A DNA stretch of 64,000 bases from Candidatus Margulisiibacteriota bacterium (GTDB taxonomy: Bacteria; Margulisbacteria; WOR-1; O2-12-FULL-45-9; XYB2-FULL-48-7): positions 276,986 through 340,985 of the forward strand of contig JALOPZ010000001.1 in NCBI GenBank assembly GCA_025453605.1, written 5' to 3'. The notes beneath the pieces were generated by a model. It searched no databases and was not told where the DNA came from. It saw only the letters and a program-made list of their open reading frames with translations. This document shows positions 26,401 to 33,894 of this stretch, in pieces. The position numbers were made by a program, and so were the translations under genes. Position 1 is the first letter of the stretch. Each line of letters starts with the position of its first letter.

Positions 26401-29400
26401 GCCGGGTTCAAGCAACTGCCGCTTGATGATCGTCGCCGCTTCCTTGCCCTCCTTATCCTCGACCAGGATGGTGACCGGGATTTTGGCCGCGTAGTTGTCT
26501 GCCAGGTAAAAGCTGATCTCGGTATTGTCTTTCCGGCTGTCGCCGTTCGGCGAGAAGAAATTATTGGACAACTTGACGTTCTCCAGTCGCGGCGGCTGGA
26601 CGTCGACCAGCACTTCCTGGGTGGCGACCGCGGTATTGCCAGCTAGGTCGGCCGCTTTCAGTTCCAGCACATAGTGCCCCTCGATCACGTAGCTGCCGAT
26701 CTGGCCGTTCCAGTTATCCGTAAAAGCGGTCGGGGTAGTTTTGATCGGCCGATCAGTGGCCATAATAACATTGATCGGCCGGTTGTTCTTGTAGAGGGTG
26801 AGAGTCGCTTCGGCGGTCGGAGCCAGGTTGTCGGCGATCGTGTAATCGATGGTCAGGGCGTTATCAGGGCCCGAGCGGAGCGGCGAAAATGCCGGCGGCG
26901 CGCGGTCCAGATTGACCACCGGCGGGGTGCTGTCGAGCGTCAGGTCAAGGGACTGGCTTTTGACATAATCACCAAAGCTGGCAATGACCTTGAGCGTGTA
27001 CTGGCCGTCGGGCAGCGCGGCCTCGCCGCTGCCATCCCAGACTTCCTCGATCGCGCCGATGCTGCGCGTCACTTTATTGAGCAGCGTGACGGGCGTTCCG
27101 GTCCCGCTTTTCGGGAGCAATTGGATCGTCACGTCAGCCGGCTGACTTAAGTAATAATTGATCTCGAGCGGATCGGTTTTGCCCTTGACCGGCGAGAACC
27201 AGGCGCTTGAGACCCTGACGTTGGCCAGCGCCCCGCCGACATTCCAGACCAGCGGCTGGTCATGTTTGGCGTCGGCGATATACAACCGGCCTTCCCTGAG
27301 CTTGATCTTTTGCGGTTCGATCGCGTATTCTTCGGACTTGTACTCATTGATCATGTTGCCGGCGCTATCGAGCTGGACGATCCGTTGGTTGCCCGCATCC
27401 GCCACCCAGATGTTGCCAAAGGAATCGACATCGACCCCTTTGGGGGATTTAAGGACGCCTTCGCCGAATTTGGAAACAAATGAGCCATCGGAAATGAACT
27501 TTTGGATGCGATTGTTGCCGGTATCGGCAAGATATATGTCCCCGGACTTGTCGATTGCAGCCGCCGGAGAGTCGAACTGCCCATTCGCACTCCCTGGAGG
27601 ATTGGAGTGCCAAAACATCTCCTTCAGCCAGCTCCTTTCCCATGAAGCCTGCCACATATTGGGCCCGCAAGAGCCCCTATCAAATACGATCTGGTCGTTA
27701 AGCGCGTTTGAATAGAACAACGCCCGGTCAACAGTCTGTCCGTTGATCGTAAAATTCTGATTGAACGCGGCCCTTGCCTCATCCTTCAGATCGGCTTTCA
27801 AGACCGAAAATATCTCCGGGGTTCCTGCAACCGTATATTTCAACAAGCGATGCTTCTGACGATCCACCACATATAGCTTATCGCCGCTTGTTGCCACCCC
27901 CCCAGGCAAAGAGTATCCTTCCCCAAAAACCGTCTTCAGGCCGCCGCCGGCTGCACCAGAATAATCCATGTTCCTTAAACCAAGGATCCATGAATAGCTG
28001 TCAACATCCCCATAAACGATATAAGCCTCTTTCCCTTTTATCTGCCTAATAAACCTTAAGTCCCCGTCATAAATCAACACCCGGTTCGCGTAGGTGTCGG
28101 CAATATAGATCCGGTCGCCGGCAGGGGAAACTGCCAGGCCAAGGGGATACCATAAAGTTTCAACCGAGCCCGAACTGGTAGTAAATCCTTCTATCTTCCC
28201 TGTCGCCTTGCCCGCGCTGTCATATCGGACCATCTTCATTTTGTTGGTATACAAAACATACTTGTTGCCGGCATTGTCAAAAGCGATATCACCCACAACC
28301 AGGGCTTTCACTTCTTCGGGGGGAACCAGGCGGACAACGGTTGGATCGGGCGCGCTGTCAGGCGGGGCTGGTTGGCCGGGCAGATTGACTTGGACAGGAA
28401 CATTTCTGACCGTTTGATTGCCCGCCCGATCGATCGCCGTAATCTTGAAAAAGTACCAGCCGTTGGGCATAAATCCTGGTGCGCCCCAAGTAACGCTCAT
28501 TACTTCGTCTTTTTTAAGCTCTGGGTTTGTGGCTAAGTTTTCAATCTCGGCGCTACCCGTCACATCGATGATACTAACAATCGCCGAATACAAGTCTTCA
28601 TTGCTAGAAAACGACAGCAAAGCATCTGCTTCGGAAGTGACGATATATACCGTTGGATCGCTTTTAACGCTCAAATACGGCGGCGTATTGTCGATTTGAA
28701 TTGAGGTAATGCCGTCTCGGTAGGCCGTTAAACCAGTAGTGGGCTCTTTGGCTTCTACCTGATAATAATAAACGCCTTCCCCGCCGCCTCGCCATTCTCC
28801 TTCATACGTAGCACCCGTAGCAGTAAGGGTTCCCGCCGGGTTATTGTGTTCATCAAACATCTTGATCTGCCAATTCACACTTTTGTCTGCACGGGCAGAA
28901 ATCCAAGTACTATTTGTAAAACCAGGGTTATTGGGATGAACGGAGAAATAGGTATTACTTACATCTGTATAGTAAATATTTGGGACCCTAGAAGCAGACA
29001 CCGCCGCGCTTCGCACTCCACCTCCCGCCGCAGCAACGGATATATTGGAGGTGTTCGGATCAAAAAGATTTGCATAGGCCCCGTCGCTGGGAAAGTCTAC
29101 TCCGACCATGCCGACCGTAACAATTCTTTCTCTAGTATCGGGCGGATTCTGAAGATGGAAACCGGCCGCGTCGCGGTAACACGAATACACCTTTACCGTG
29201 ATACGGTAAAGCCCCTGGGAAGGGGTCCAATCCATATAATAATAATCCTTAGCGCTGAACGGCATGCTCATATAATTTGGCTGAAATGCATATACATCTT
29301 CTACTCTGGTCTGAGCAGATTGTTCCTTCCAGATATGGTTCAGGTCATCAAATTGGATGGTCTTTATTGTTTTATTTCTTGTCCCAATCAAGCCCTCTAT

Positions 29401-30081
29401 CTCAAAAACCACCTTGTAAGGGGTCGATGAATAAGAAACACCCGAGGAAGACTTAGCATCAAGGGCTTGATAGGCTTCGATCAAGACCTGCACTGGATGA
29501 TTCGGCTTCGGATAATTGGTCGGCTTGCCCCTGTCCAATATTTTGATGCATTCCGCTTGGGAGAAAGGCGCGAGATCATCAACCGCTATTGTTGCGTCGC
29601 CGTATTTTGGTTGTTCCATGCCGGCAACGACAGGGTTGACCGCTTGATTGCCGTAGATCGACGGCCCCAGACTTAAATGGAGGTGAGGCCTGGTCCCACC
29701 CGTATTGCCTGATAGTGCAACGACTTGCCCCTTACTGACCCGGCCGCTCGTTACTATGATTTGCGACAAGTGCGCATAACGATATTGAAGGGAGCGATCA
29801 TTACTTTCGACCACCAGATATTTTCCCCAACCCGGAGTATTAACATCGTGCGCTTCGGTGATCGTTCCGTCGAACAACGAGCGGATCGGGGTTCCGACCG
29901 GAACCAAGAAGTCCATTCCATCATGCCACTTATAAAAAACTGTTCGGCTTCGGTACTGGCCAAAGTTTGCGGTTATCCCTTTGTATTTATCTGTGAATGG
30001 CTTTGATACTACTTCGGCTTTCACTGCCAAGGTCAGCGCAGCAACAACCAATAGGATAAAAGTAGTCCGCCTTAATGACAT
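20455..30081 (-). CDS. giant secreted surface protein (3208 aa): M23 peptidase, NHL propeller, FlgD-Ig-like and Ig-like modules, FN3-like region, T9SS-type C-terminal domain
   Basis: Signal peptide MSLRRTTFILLVVAALTLAVKA. M23 motifs HDGMD and HLHLS. NHL repeats (ADTGNNRIQKF, ADAGNQRIVQL). Repeated F(S/T)PN(G/N)DGxKD modules. C-terminus FPNPFNPNREKTKIRYRL...IYSITGALVAEL... Confidence 0.85.
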   Translation of the reverse strand: MSLRRTTFILLVVAALTLAVKAEVVSKPFTDKYKGITANFGQYRSRTVFYKWHDGMDFLVPVGTPIRSLFDGTITEAHDVNTPGWGKYLVVESNDRSLQYRYAHLSQIIVTSGRVSKGQVVALSGNTGGTRPHLHLSLGPSIYGNQAVNPVVAGMEQPKYGDATIAVDDLAPFSQAECIKILDRGKPTNYPKPNHPVQVLIEAYQALDAKSSSGVSYSSTPYKVVFEIEGLIGTRNKTIKTIQFDDLNHIWKEQSAQTRVEDVYAFQPNYMSMPFSAKDYYYMDWTPSQGLYRITVKVYSCYRDAAGFHLQNPPDTRERIVTVGMVGVDFPSDGAYANLFDPNTSNISVAAAGGGVRSAAVSASRVPNIYYTDVSNTYFSVHPNNPGFTNSTWISARADKSVNWQIKMFDEHNNPAGTLTATGATYEGEWRGGGEGVYYYQVEAKEPTTGLTAYRDGITSIQIDNTPPYLSVKSDPTVYIVTSEADALLSFSSNEDLYSAIVSIIDVTGSAEIENLATNPELKKDEVMSVTWGAPGFMPNGWYFFKITAIDRAGNQTVRNVPVQVNLPGQPAPPDSAPDPTVVRLVPPEEVKALVVGDIAFDNAGNKYVLYTNKMKMVRYDSAGKATGKIEGFTTSSGSVETLWYPLGLAVSPAGDRIYIADTYANRVLIYDGDLRFIRQIKGKEAYIVYGDVDSYSWILGLRNMDYSGAAGGGLKTVFGEGYSLPGGVATSGDKLYVVDRQKHRLLKYTVAGTPEIFSVLKADLKDEARAAFNQNFTINGQTVDRALFYSNALNDQIVFDRGSCGPNMWQASWERSWLKEMFWHSNPPGSANGQFDSPAAAIDKSGDIYLADTGNNRIQKFISDGSFVSKFGEGVLKSPKGVDVDSFGNIWVADAGNQRIVQLDSAGNMINEYKSEEYAIEPQKIKLREGRLYIADAKHDQPLVWNVGGALANVRVSSAWFSPVKGKTDPLEINYYLSQPADVTIQLLPKSGTGTPVTLLNKVTRSIGAIEEVWDGSGEAALPDGQYTLKVIASFGDYVKSQSLDLTLDSTPPVVNLDRAPPAFSPLRSGPDNALTIDYTIADNLAPTAEATLTLYKNNRPINVIMATDRPIKTTPTAFTDNWNGQIGSYVIEGHYVLELKAADLAGNTAVATQEVLVDVQPPRLENVKLSNNFFSPNGDSRKDNTEISFYLADNYAAKIPVTILVEDKEGKEAATIIKRQLLEPGYCCFTWEGSALSDGEYKLRVYAEDDAGNLGTCEPQAVAIDTVPPTIESFAAAPNPFTPNNDGTKDRTLFSYRLSEPAAATTVIEQGDGTRFRKYLQDLNPTGKTTVTGSWEWDGRGSRYELLGGNLNYYLLAEDQAGNIATSETSAILVDCQPSLVPYLFAEPDPFSPPNPRNGQTRLSYALARDNVRVDLTVIGQDGAVLKRLIKGEIQTKGGHQVAWDGSYDPDYAGPKSSRNGSKISDGTYEFRITATDLDGGEPADITNTVVVDSVEPNILTYLVNINYEERRAALKYVLPETASVEAVAYDLDGLPVQVLVNNEEQGAGEHWAIFRQPNPEYQRPTYIKVSAIDRAQNSAEQITDRFSVVPLENLQITAALASPDPFTPNSDGLMDLTRITYQLSGGAPDYRVSLDIQNETGSTVRHLLTNDPQGEGNYSFYWDGKNDSGQAVPDGHYRYLVSVEDKLGVGSEGRGTLLLVSTKPAVNLAVGPVIFSPNGDGAKDTIDFNYGLNYATLYISSEGLVKLEVLNASGEAFWSKTLNKTAGSYVYTYDGLTDAGTPLPAGNYFARITGQDALGTTAVPQAVPFNVDYTNPEPTDFSLSHAYAKLGDTVTVNLSFPEPVAEDPSVTFLLSNGIIRPASLVSKEADNYTYQYLVVGADSEGITTIEVVARDLAFNPINKTKTLTIDQTEPAISELTVVPNPASTPEVSGPAAIQFKISEPLRSAPRLWVAQSGAAPQLIPVTGQWTVADGLCTAQYKAFAGNDGLANITIEVSDLANNPATYRAGELLTIDTVAPLFSRLECLPKFVKAGAVANIRFQSSEPLKVNPDVSVNGNPAIYDSLTAGEYSYNYPVSSSDWSGTAEVRVAGRDFAGNEGLRLSSSPESLVIDLVEPTVGISTEPGMIANPGHFATNASAAETALQTTLQYNLSEPGYVTTRVYKMDNTRAAVDYTRSDFTAANLITTLENNIFKEPGAGYVIWNGSVGAGNYAAPGKYAFLVEVRDRAGNLTQRLWGGTVWIQNNALKVQEPDQTVRGGTNPNPHYFSPKNNPGDPAFGAAKYWFKVLLGVTPKSYEEPERIEVMGLDDDIAWLDGVGKKGGYYTVTVHDQAGQLVRTVESGEFVTSANYYAAWNGKDDAGQYVPDGKYYFRVDVRDYLGRRALDNLMTREVVVDNTAPVVVDNQTGDEAWRNAGGTTYNVGFRDDGADASRLALAQYRVRKADGTGSGWSGIPIVTGEAQFTAPWAIDFANQCTDGTNQVYVKVQDIAGNLTETADPVFYIKKDVTKPTNCILEINNEAGQTNTIAIDLTKLQADDPVSGVAAVIVRNDSDGWSGELSPGPRPWILKNNEGGQTVSAQFRDNAGNWSDPVSKTIIFRTMPTIGNLSVSNGSFNPYLAANTTSISFNAADAPAGLQSVTARLKRGATVIREWPLGTGGSYAFSWDGTNSYGDYVNEGDYTLEIEASDNAGNRSVDSSRTIAIWDDINISNNSADSFSPAVLADGDYLNIRWTEGAPDDGYVRTADASASCGWSVDQTVRGASSPFYIDHDQTVTVRCRADGENAEGHAIYTSNGMSISGGTQIWSKAGGTGDGETVDTVNLSVGWYYADVTVKFVFGQGSGYTKVDYIDRKYNQYQRISQDGGKNWNNAGKWPDKVDGPPGQTTMTQGKTFTHSVDIRAGEVWYRRLQGDSAWEVKLTRSGVAAKPSLTINGNQEDCLVVWEDNRSGNKDIYFQKIPHNFAPVSGNPTSRLQTAAVRMDKVISQAASLESPALITPADNSQNVTSLRPTFEWRHHQGETTAYRLDVAKNDTFTVAAQTFTKAPSAGTADKADLALFNYTYAIHEFDPGLDRDTYYWKVTALTTNEAATSEVWSFTITPELTLTGVTNFPNPFNPNREKTKIRYRLGADADSVKIRIYSITGALVAELDGSTNGESANIWDKYNDIEWDGRNGRGELVMNGIYPFEISARLGDKSLTGRGKIAVLK

Positions 30082-30105
30082 CCTTACTCCAGTTGCCCGG
30101 CCACA

Positions 30106-30816
30106 TCAAAATATTGCTTTAACCAGAGCATCCATTTCCCGGATCGCCTTCTGCCTCTCTTTCTTGAAGCCCATGACCAAGGCGATGTTCCCCCCCACTC
30201 CCGTTACGGGCCTGATCATATCGTCCTGCACATAAAAAATGATCTCCTTGACCAGTTCATTTTGGAATGTCGTATAGCTGATTTCGTACGTCCCTCCGGA
30301 AGGGTTAAAACAGTAAATTACCAGACATTTCTGTTGGCCGATAGTTCGCACTGAATAAGGATAATACTGGTATCCTTCATTTGGCACGTAAATATCCCCC
30401 CGATGCTCCCCTTTCTTCACCCTCAAGTGCAGCTGTCTTTCTTTTTTAAGGTCTCTCACTGCCTCCCCATCGCCAGAAGGCTCTTTGATCAAGTAATTTG
30501 TTTTGTCGTATTTAATAACAACAATATTGATGCCGTAGTAAGGATCGTCTGACAGCTGATATTCCTTGCTAAACACCTTGCCCGAACGCGGAATGTTCTG
30601 ATCTATTTCTTTTTTGATCGTTGGCACTATCTTCCATGATTCGGATATCAACCGATCGGCATTATTCCCCGCTTTGACGGCACCCTCAATATTGTTCGTT
30701 CTCTGATTTGTTGTTCTAACATCCCGTAATAATTCGCTAAAGGCGCCACTAACAGACATGCAGCCCAACAAAATTAAAAATACCAATATTATCTTAATGA
30801 TCCTTGTTTTCTTCAT
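30106..30816 (-). CDS. hypothetical lipoprotein (236 aa)
   Basis: ATG 30816 is preceded by GGAG. Lipobox in MKKTRIIKIILVFLILLGC. SD-linked to the giant gene 24 nt downstream. Confidence 0.6.
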   Translation of the reverse strand: MKKTRIIKIILVFLILLGCMSVSGAFSELLRDVRTTNQRTNNIEGAVKAGNNADRLISESWKIVPTIKKEIDQNIPRSGKVFSKEYQLSDDPYYGINIVVIKYDKTNYLIKEPSGDGEAVRDLKKERQLHLRVKKGEHRGDIYVPNEGYQYYPYSVRTIGQQKCLVIYCFNPSGGTYEISYTTFQNELVKEIIFYVQDDMIRPVTGVGGNIALVMGFKKERQKAIREMDALVKAIF

Positions 30817-30856
30817 CTCTCCATCCCCTTTAATTTTTCCCCGCCCCACGTTTGGT

Positions 30857-30883
30857 TTATCGGCCCGGCCGGGCGGTTATTTC
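30857..30883 (-). promoter_or_regulatory. sigma-28 (FliA/SigD)-type promoter GAAA-N15-GCCGATAA upstream of the lipoprotein/giant-protein operon
   Basis: Minus-strand read: GAAAtaaccgcccggccggGCCGATAA. The -10 octamer equals the E. coli sigma-28 consensus GCCGATAA. About 40 nt upstream of ATG 30816. Confidence 0.45.
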
Positions 30884-30952
30884 ACATTATTTTGTGCATT
30901 GACGGACACTGCGACCGGTATTTTCGGGCATTGGCCAATATAAACTATTGGG

Positions 30953-32506
30953 CTAGCGGCTGGTCTTTTCGTAGATCCGGGCGGTCAGGCCAAGGTCGGG
31001 GAAGCTGCGGAAAGAGATCTCCCGCAGGTTGCCGGCGCGGACCTGCTCCTGCAGAAAGGCGTTCCAGCGGCTGACGGAATCATCAAGCAGCTCCGGGTGT
31101 TCCCCATCCAGCTCAACGGTCAGGAAGTACTGGGCGTTGCGCAGCATCTCGTCCTCGCCGATGATCGGGTCGGCCAGGACCGGGGCGTTCCACTCCCAGA
31201 AATGGAAAGCGACCCCTTCGGGGTTCAGATGCTGCAAATTAAGCGACGTGGCCAGCGGGTAGCGCGGCAGGAGGCTCGACTGGAAATAGCCGAGGACCGA
31301 GATCATTCGATCGGCTGGCCTGGCCGGCGCGTAGACAGCAGGCAGCTGCGGCAAAGAGAGGAGCACCGGCAGCAGCGCGGCCGCGATCCCCAGCGCCGCC
31401 ACCCGGCGGTATTTCTCCAGCAGATAAAAGAGCGTGGCGGCAAAGATGATAAAGACGAACGGCGCGATGATGTAGATGAACTGGGGCGCCTTGGTCGGGA
31501 TCGTCAGCGTCGCCAAAAGGAGCGCCGTCCAGACAAAGGTGTACAGCTTGCCGATCTTGGGAAAGCGGAAGGCGACCCAGGGGAGAAAAAGAGCGATCAG
31601 CATCAGGAAACCGAGCCAGGGTGAAAAACTGAAGTAATTGATGATCGCTTTCGGGTAATAAAGCAAAATATTAACGATCCCGCTCACCTGTTCGCCGCCG
31701 GAATAACGGAAGATCGCCTGCAGGAGGAGCATGATCTTCCGGTTAAAGGTGGCGGTCAGGAACCAGGCGGCGATCATTACCGCCAGGACGCCGACCACGA
31801 CCAGCTTACGGTACGCCCACCAGAAGAAGGGGACGGCGGCGTGTTCCCCTTTGCGGTTCAGCGAAACGACCTCAGCCCCGATCGGCCCGAGCTTGCCCAG
31901 CGTCATCACGATAAACGCCGGCACCATCAGATAGGCGTAGAGATAATTGGTGTAGATCGAGAGCGCCAGCAAGACCGCCAGCAGGACGTAATTGATCGTC
32001 AGTTTTTTCTCTTCGGTCAGGATGTAAAAGTAGAAGGCGGTCATAAAGATCATCGCCCCCAGCCCTTCCAGCGTGTTCTCCGTGCCGAAGCGGGCCATCA
32101 GCGGCGAGGTCAGCGCCAGGAGCACCGCTACCACGCCGATCCGCCACCCCTGCCGATCGCAAAACTTGACCGAAACAACGTAGGTCATCAGGAGAGTGAT
32201 CGCCAGCAGGGTAAAGCTCAGGAAGCGGGCGGAAAAGTAGCTGACGCCGAAGCAGAAGAAGAAGAGCGACAGCGCCCAGGAGTGGAGGAACGGCCAGAAC
32301 ATCTGCCGCTGGGTGTCATACCAGAAACCGTGCCAGTCGAGCGCCCGGACATCTTTGGTGATCGACAAGCCGTAGAGGGCGTGCTGGGCTTCTTCTTTGC
32401 CGAAAGCGTCACCGAGAACGACCCGATTGACGAACAAAGCGCCCCCCAGGACGATGAATGCCGCCAGCACAATGATCATTCCTCGCTGGAAATCGGTGAG
32501 CTTCAT
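30953..32506 (-). CDS. polytopic membrane protein, probable GT-C (ArnT/PMT, GT39-like) glycosyltransferase
   Basis: About 12 hydrophobic helices followed by a soluble ~110-aa C-terminal domain. Overall ArnT/PMT-like topology. No search was run. Confidence 0.5.
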   Translation of the reverse strand: MKLTDFQRGMIIVLAAFIVLGGALFVNRVVLGDAFGKEEAQHALYGLSITKDVRALDWHGFWYDTQRQMFWPFLHSWALSLFFFCFGVSYFSARFLSFTLLAITLLMTYVVSVKFCDRQGWRIGVVAVLLALTSPLMARFGTENTLEGLGAMIFMTAFYFYILTEEKKLTINYVLLAVLLALSIYTNYLYAYLMVPAFIVMTLGKLGPIGAEVVSLNRKGEHAAVPFFWWAYRKLVVVGVLAVMIAAWFLTATFNRKIMLLLQAIFRYSGGEQVSGIVNILLYYPKAIINYFSFSPWLGFLMLIALFLPWVAFRFPKIGKLYTFVWTALLLATLTIPTKAPQFIYIIAPFVFIIFAATLFYLLEKYRRVAALGIAAALLPVLLSLPQLPAVYAPARPADRMISVLGYFQSSLLPRYPLATSLNLQHLNPEGVAFHFWEWNAPVLADPIIGEDEMLRNAQYFLTVELDGEHPELLDDSVSRWNAFLQEQVRAGNLREISFRSFPDLGLTARIYEKTSR

Positions 32507-32513
32507 GGCGGCT

Positions 32514-32542
32514 ATTATATTACACGCCCTCCGCCTTTACAA
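32514..32542 (-). promoter_or_regulatory. sigma-70 promoter TTGTAA-N17-TATAAT placed 7 nt from the ATG (leaderless) for the GT-C gene
   Basis: Minus-strand read: TTGTAAaggcggagggcgtgtaaTATAATagccgccATG. Confidence 0.5.
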
Positions 32543-32574
32543 CACTTTTTGCATGGGCTAAACTAAAAAGAACT

Positions 32575-33894
32575 ATGCAGGTCAAAGCCGGCGCCGCCGC
32601 CATTATCCGGGAGCTCCAAAGCCGTGGTTTTCAGGCTTTGGTGGTCGGCGGCTGCGTGCGCGACACCCTGCTCGGCCGGACCCCGGCGGAGTGGGACCTG
32701 ACAACCAGCGCCCGGCCGGCCGAAGTCAAAAAACTGTTCAAAAAAGTCGTCCCGACCGGCCTCAAATACGGAACGGTGACCGTGATCCTGGACGACGGCC
32801 AGTACGAAGTCACGACCTTCCGCTCCGACGAGCGCTACGTCGACGGCCGCCACCCCGACAACGTCCGCTTTACCGACGACATCCACCAGGACCTGGCCCG
32901 CCGCGATTTTACGGTCAACGCCCTCGCCTATGACCCGCAGAGCGACACCTTGATCGACGATCACGGCGGCCGCAAGGATCTGGCCAGCCGGCTCCTCCGG
33001 ACCGTGGGCGATCCCGTCGCCCGTTTTTCCGAAGACGGACTCCGGCCGCTGCGCGGCTGCCGCCTGGCCGCCACCCTCGGCTTCCGGCTGGAGGCCCCGA
33101 CCCTGGCGGCAATGGCCAAGACCGGGCGCGTCGCTAAAAAAGTCGCCCTGGAGCGGGTCCACGACGAGCTGGTCAAGCTCCTGGCCGCGGAAAAACCGTC
33201 CGTCGGTCTGGAGTATATGCGCCAGGCCGGACTGCTCGCGCTGTTCCTCCCCGAGCTGAGCCAGGGCGTTGGGATTAAACAGCCGCCCGAGTATCACCAG
33301 TACGACGTTTACTGGCACAATCTTTACGCCTGCGATGCCGCGCCGCGCGACCAACTAACGGTCCGGCTGGCCGCGCTCCTTCACGACATCGGTAAACCGG
33401 CCTGTCAGCACGGGATGACATTCTACGATCACGACCAGACCGGTGCCAAAATGGCCGCCAAACTCCTCCGCCGGCTCAAGTTCAGCAACGCCGACATTGA
33501 GGCGACCGTCAACCTGATCGCTAACCATATGTTTGATTACCGGAGCGGCTGGAGTGATGCGGCCGTCCGCCGGTTCCTTCGCCGGATCGGCGGCCTGGAC
33601 AATGTTGCCCCCCTCTTTGCTCTGCGCCGGGCCGATACGGCGGCAATGCGGCACACCCACGGGACCGATTATCTGACCGAGCTGCAGCAGCGGATCGACC
33701 GGATCGTCGCCGCGGAGAACGCCCTGCAGGTCAGCGCCCTCAAGGTCGACGGCCGGGACGTCATGAAAACGCTCAAGATCAAACCCGGACCGCAGGTCGG
33801 CCAGGTCCTGCACGCTCTGCTCGAGCAGGTCCTCGATGACCCGAAGTTGAACGAAAAAACCACCCTGCTGAAACTGATCAAAAAGCATGTTTAG
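32575..33894 (+). CDS. cca: CCA-adding tRNA nucleotidyltransferase with HD domain
   Basis: GGCVRDTLLG...DLTT polymerase-beta head, RDFTVNAL, and HD motif LLHDIGKP. Confidence 0.9.
   Translation: MQVKAGAAAIIRELQSRGFQALVVGGCVRDTLLGRTPAEWDLTTSARPAEVKKLFKKVVPTGLKYGTVTVILDDGQYEVTTFRSDERYVDGRHPDNVRFTDDIHQDLARRDFTVNALAYDPQSDTLIDDHGGRKDLASRLLRTVGDPVARFSEDGLRPLRGCRLAATLGFRLEAPTLAAMAKTGRVAKKVALERVHDELVKLLAAEKPSVGLEYMRQAGLLALFLPELSQGVGIKQPPEYHQYDVYWHNLYACDAAPRDQLTVRLAALLHDIGKPACQHGMTFYDHDQTGAKMAAKLLRRLKFSNADIEATVNLIANHMFDYRSGWSDAAVRRFLRRIGGLDNVAPLFALRRADTAAMRHTHGTDYLTELQQRIDRIVAAENALQVSALKVDGRDVMKTLKIKPGPQVGQVLHALLEQVLDDPKLNEKTTLLKLIKKHV

Noticed and set aside
32563-33354. 263-aa ORF antisense to cca
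   Set aside because: Same reasoning. It is embedded in a well-supported cca gene and has a compositionally biased translation.
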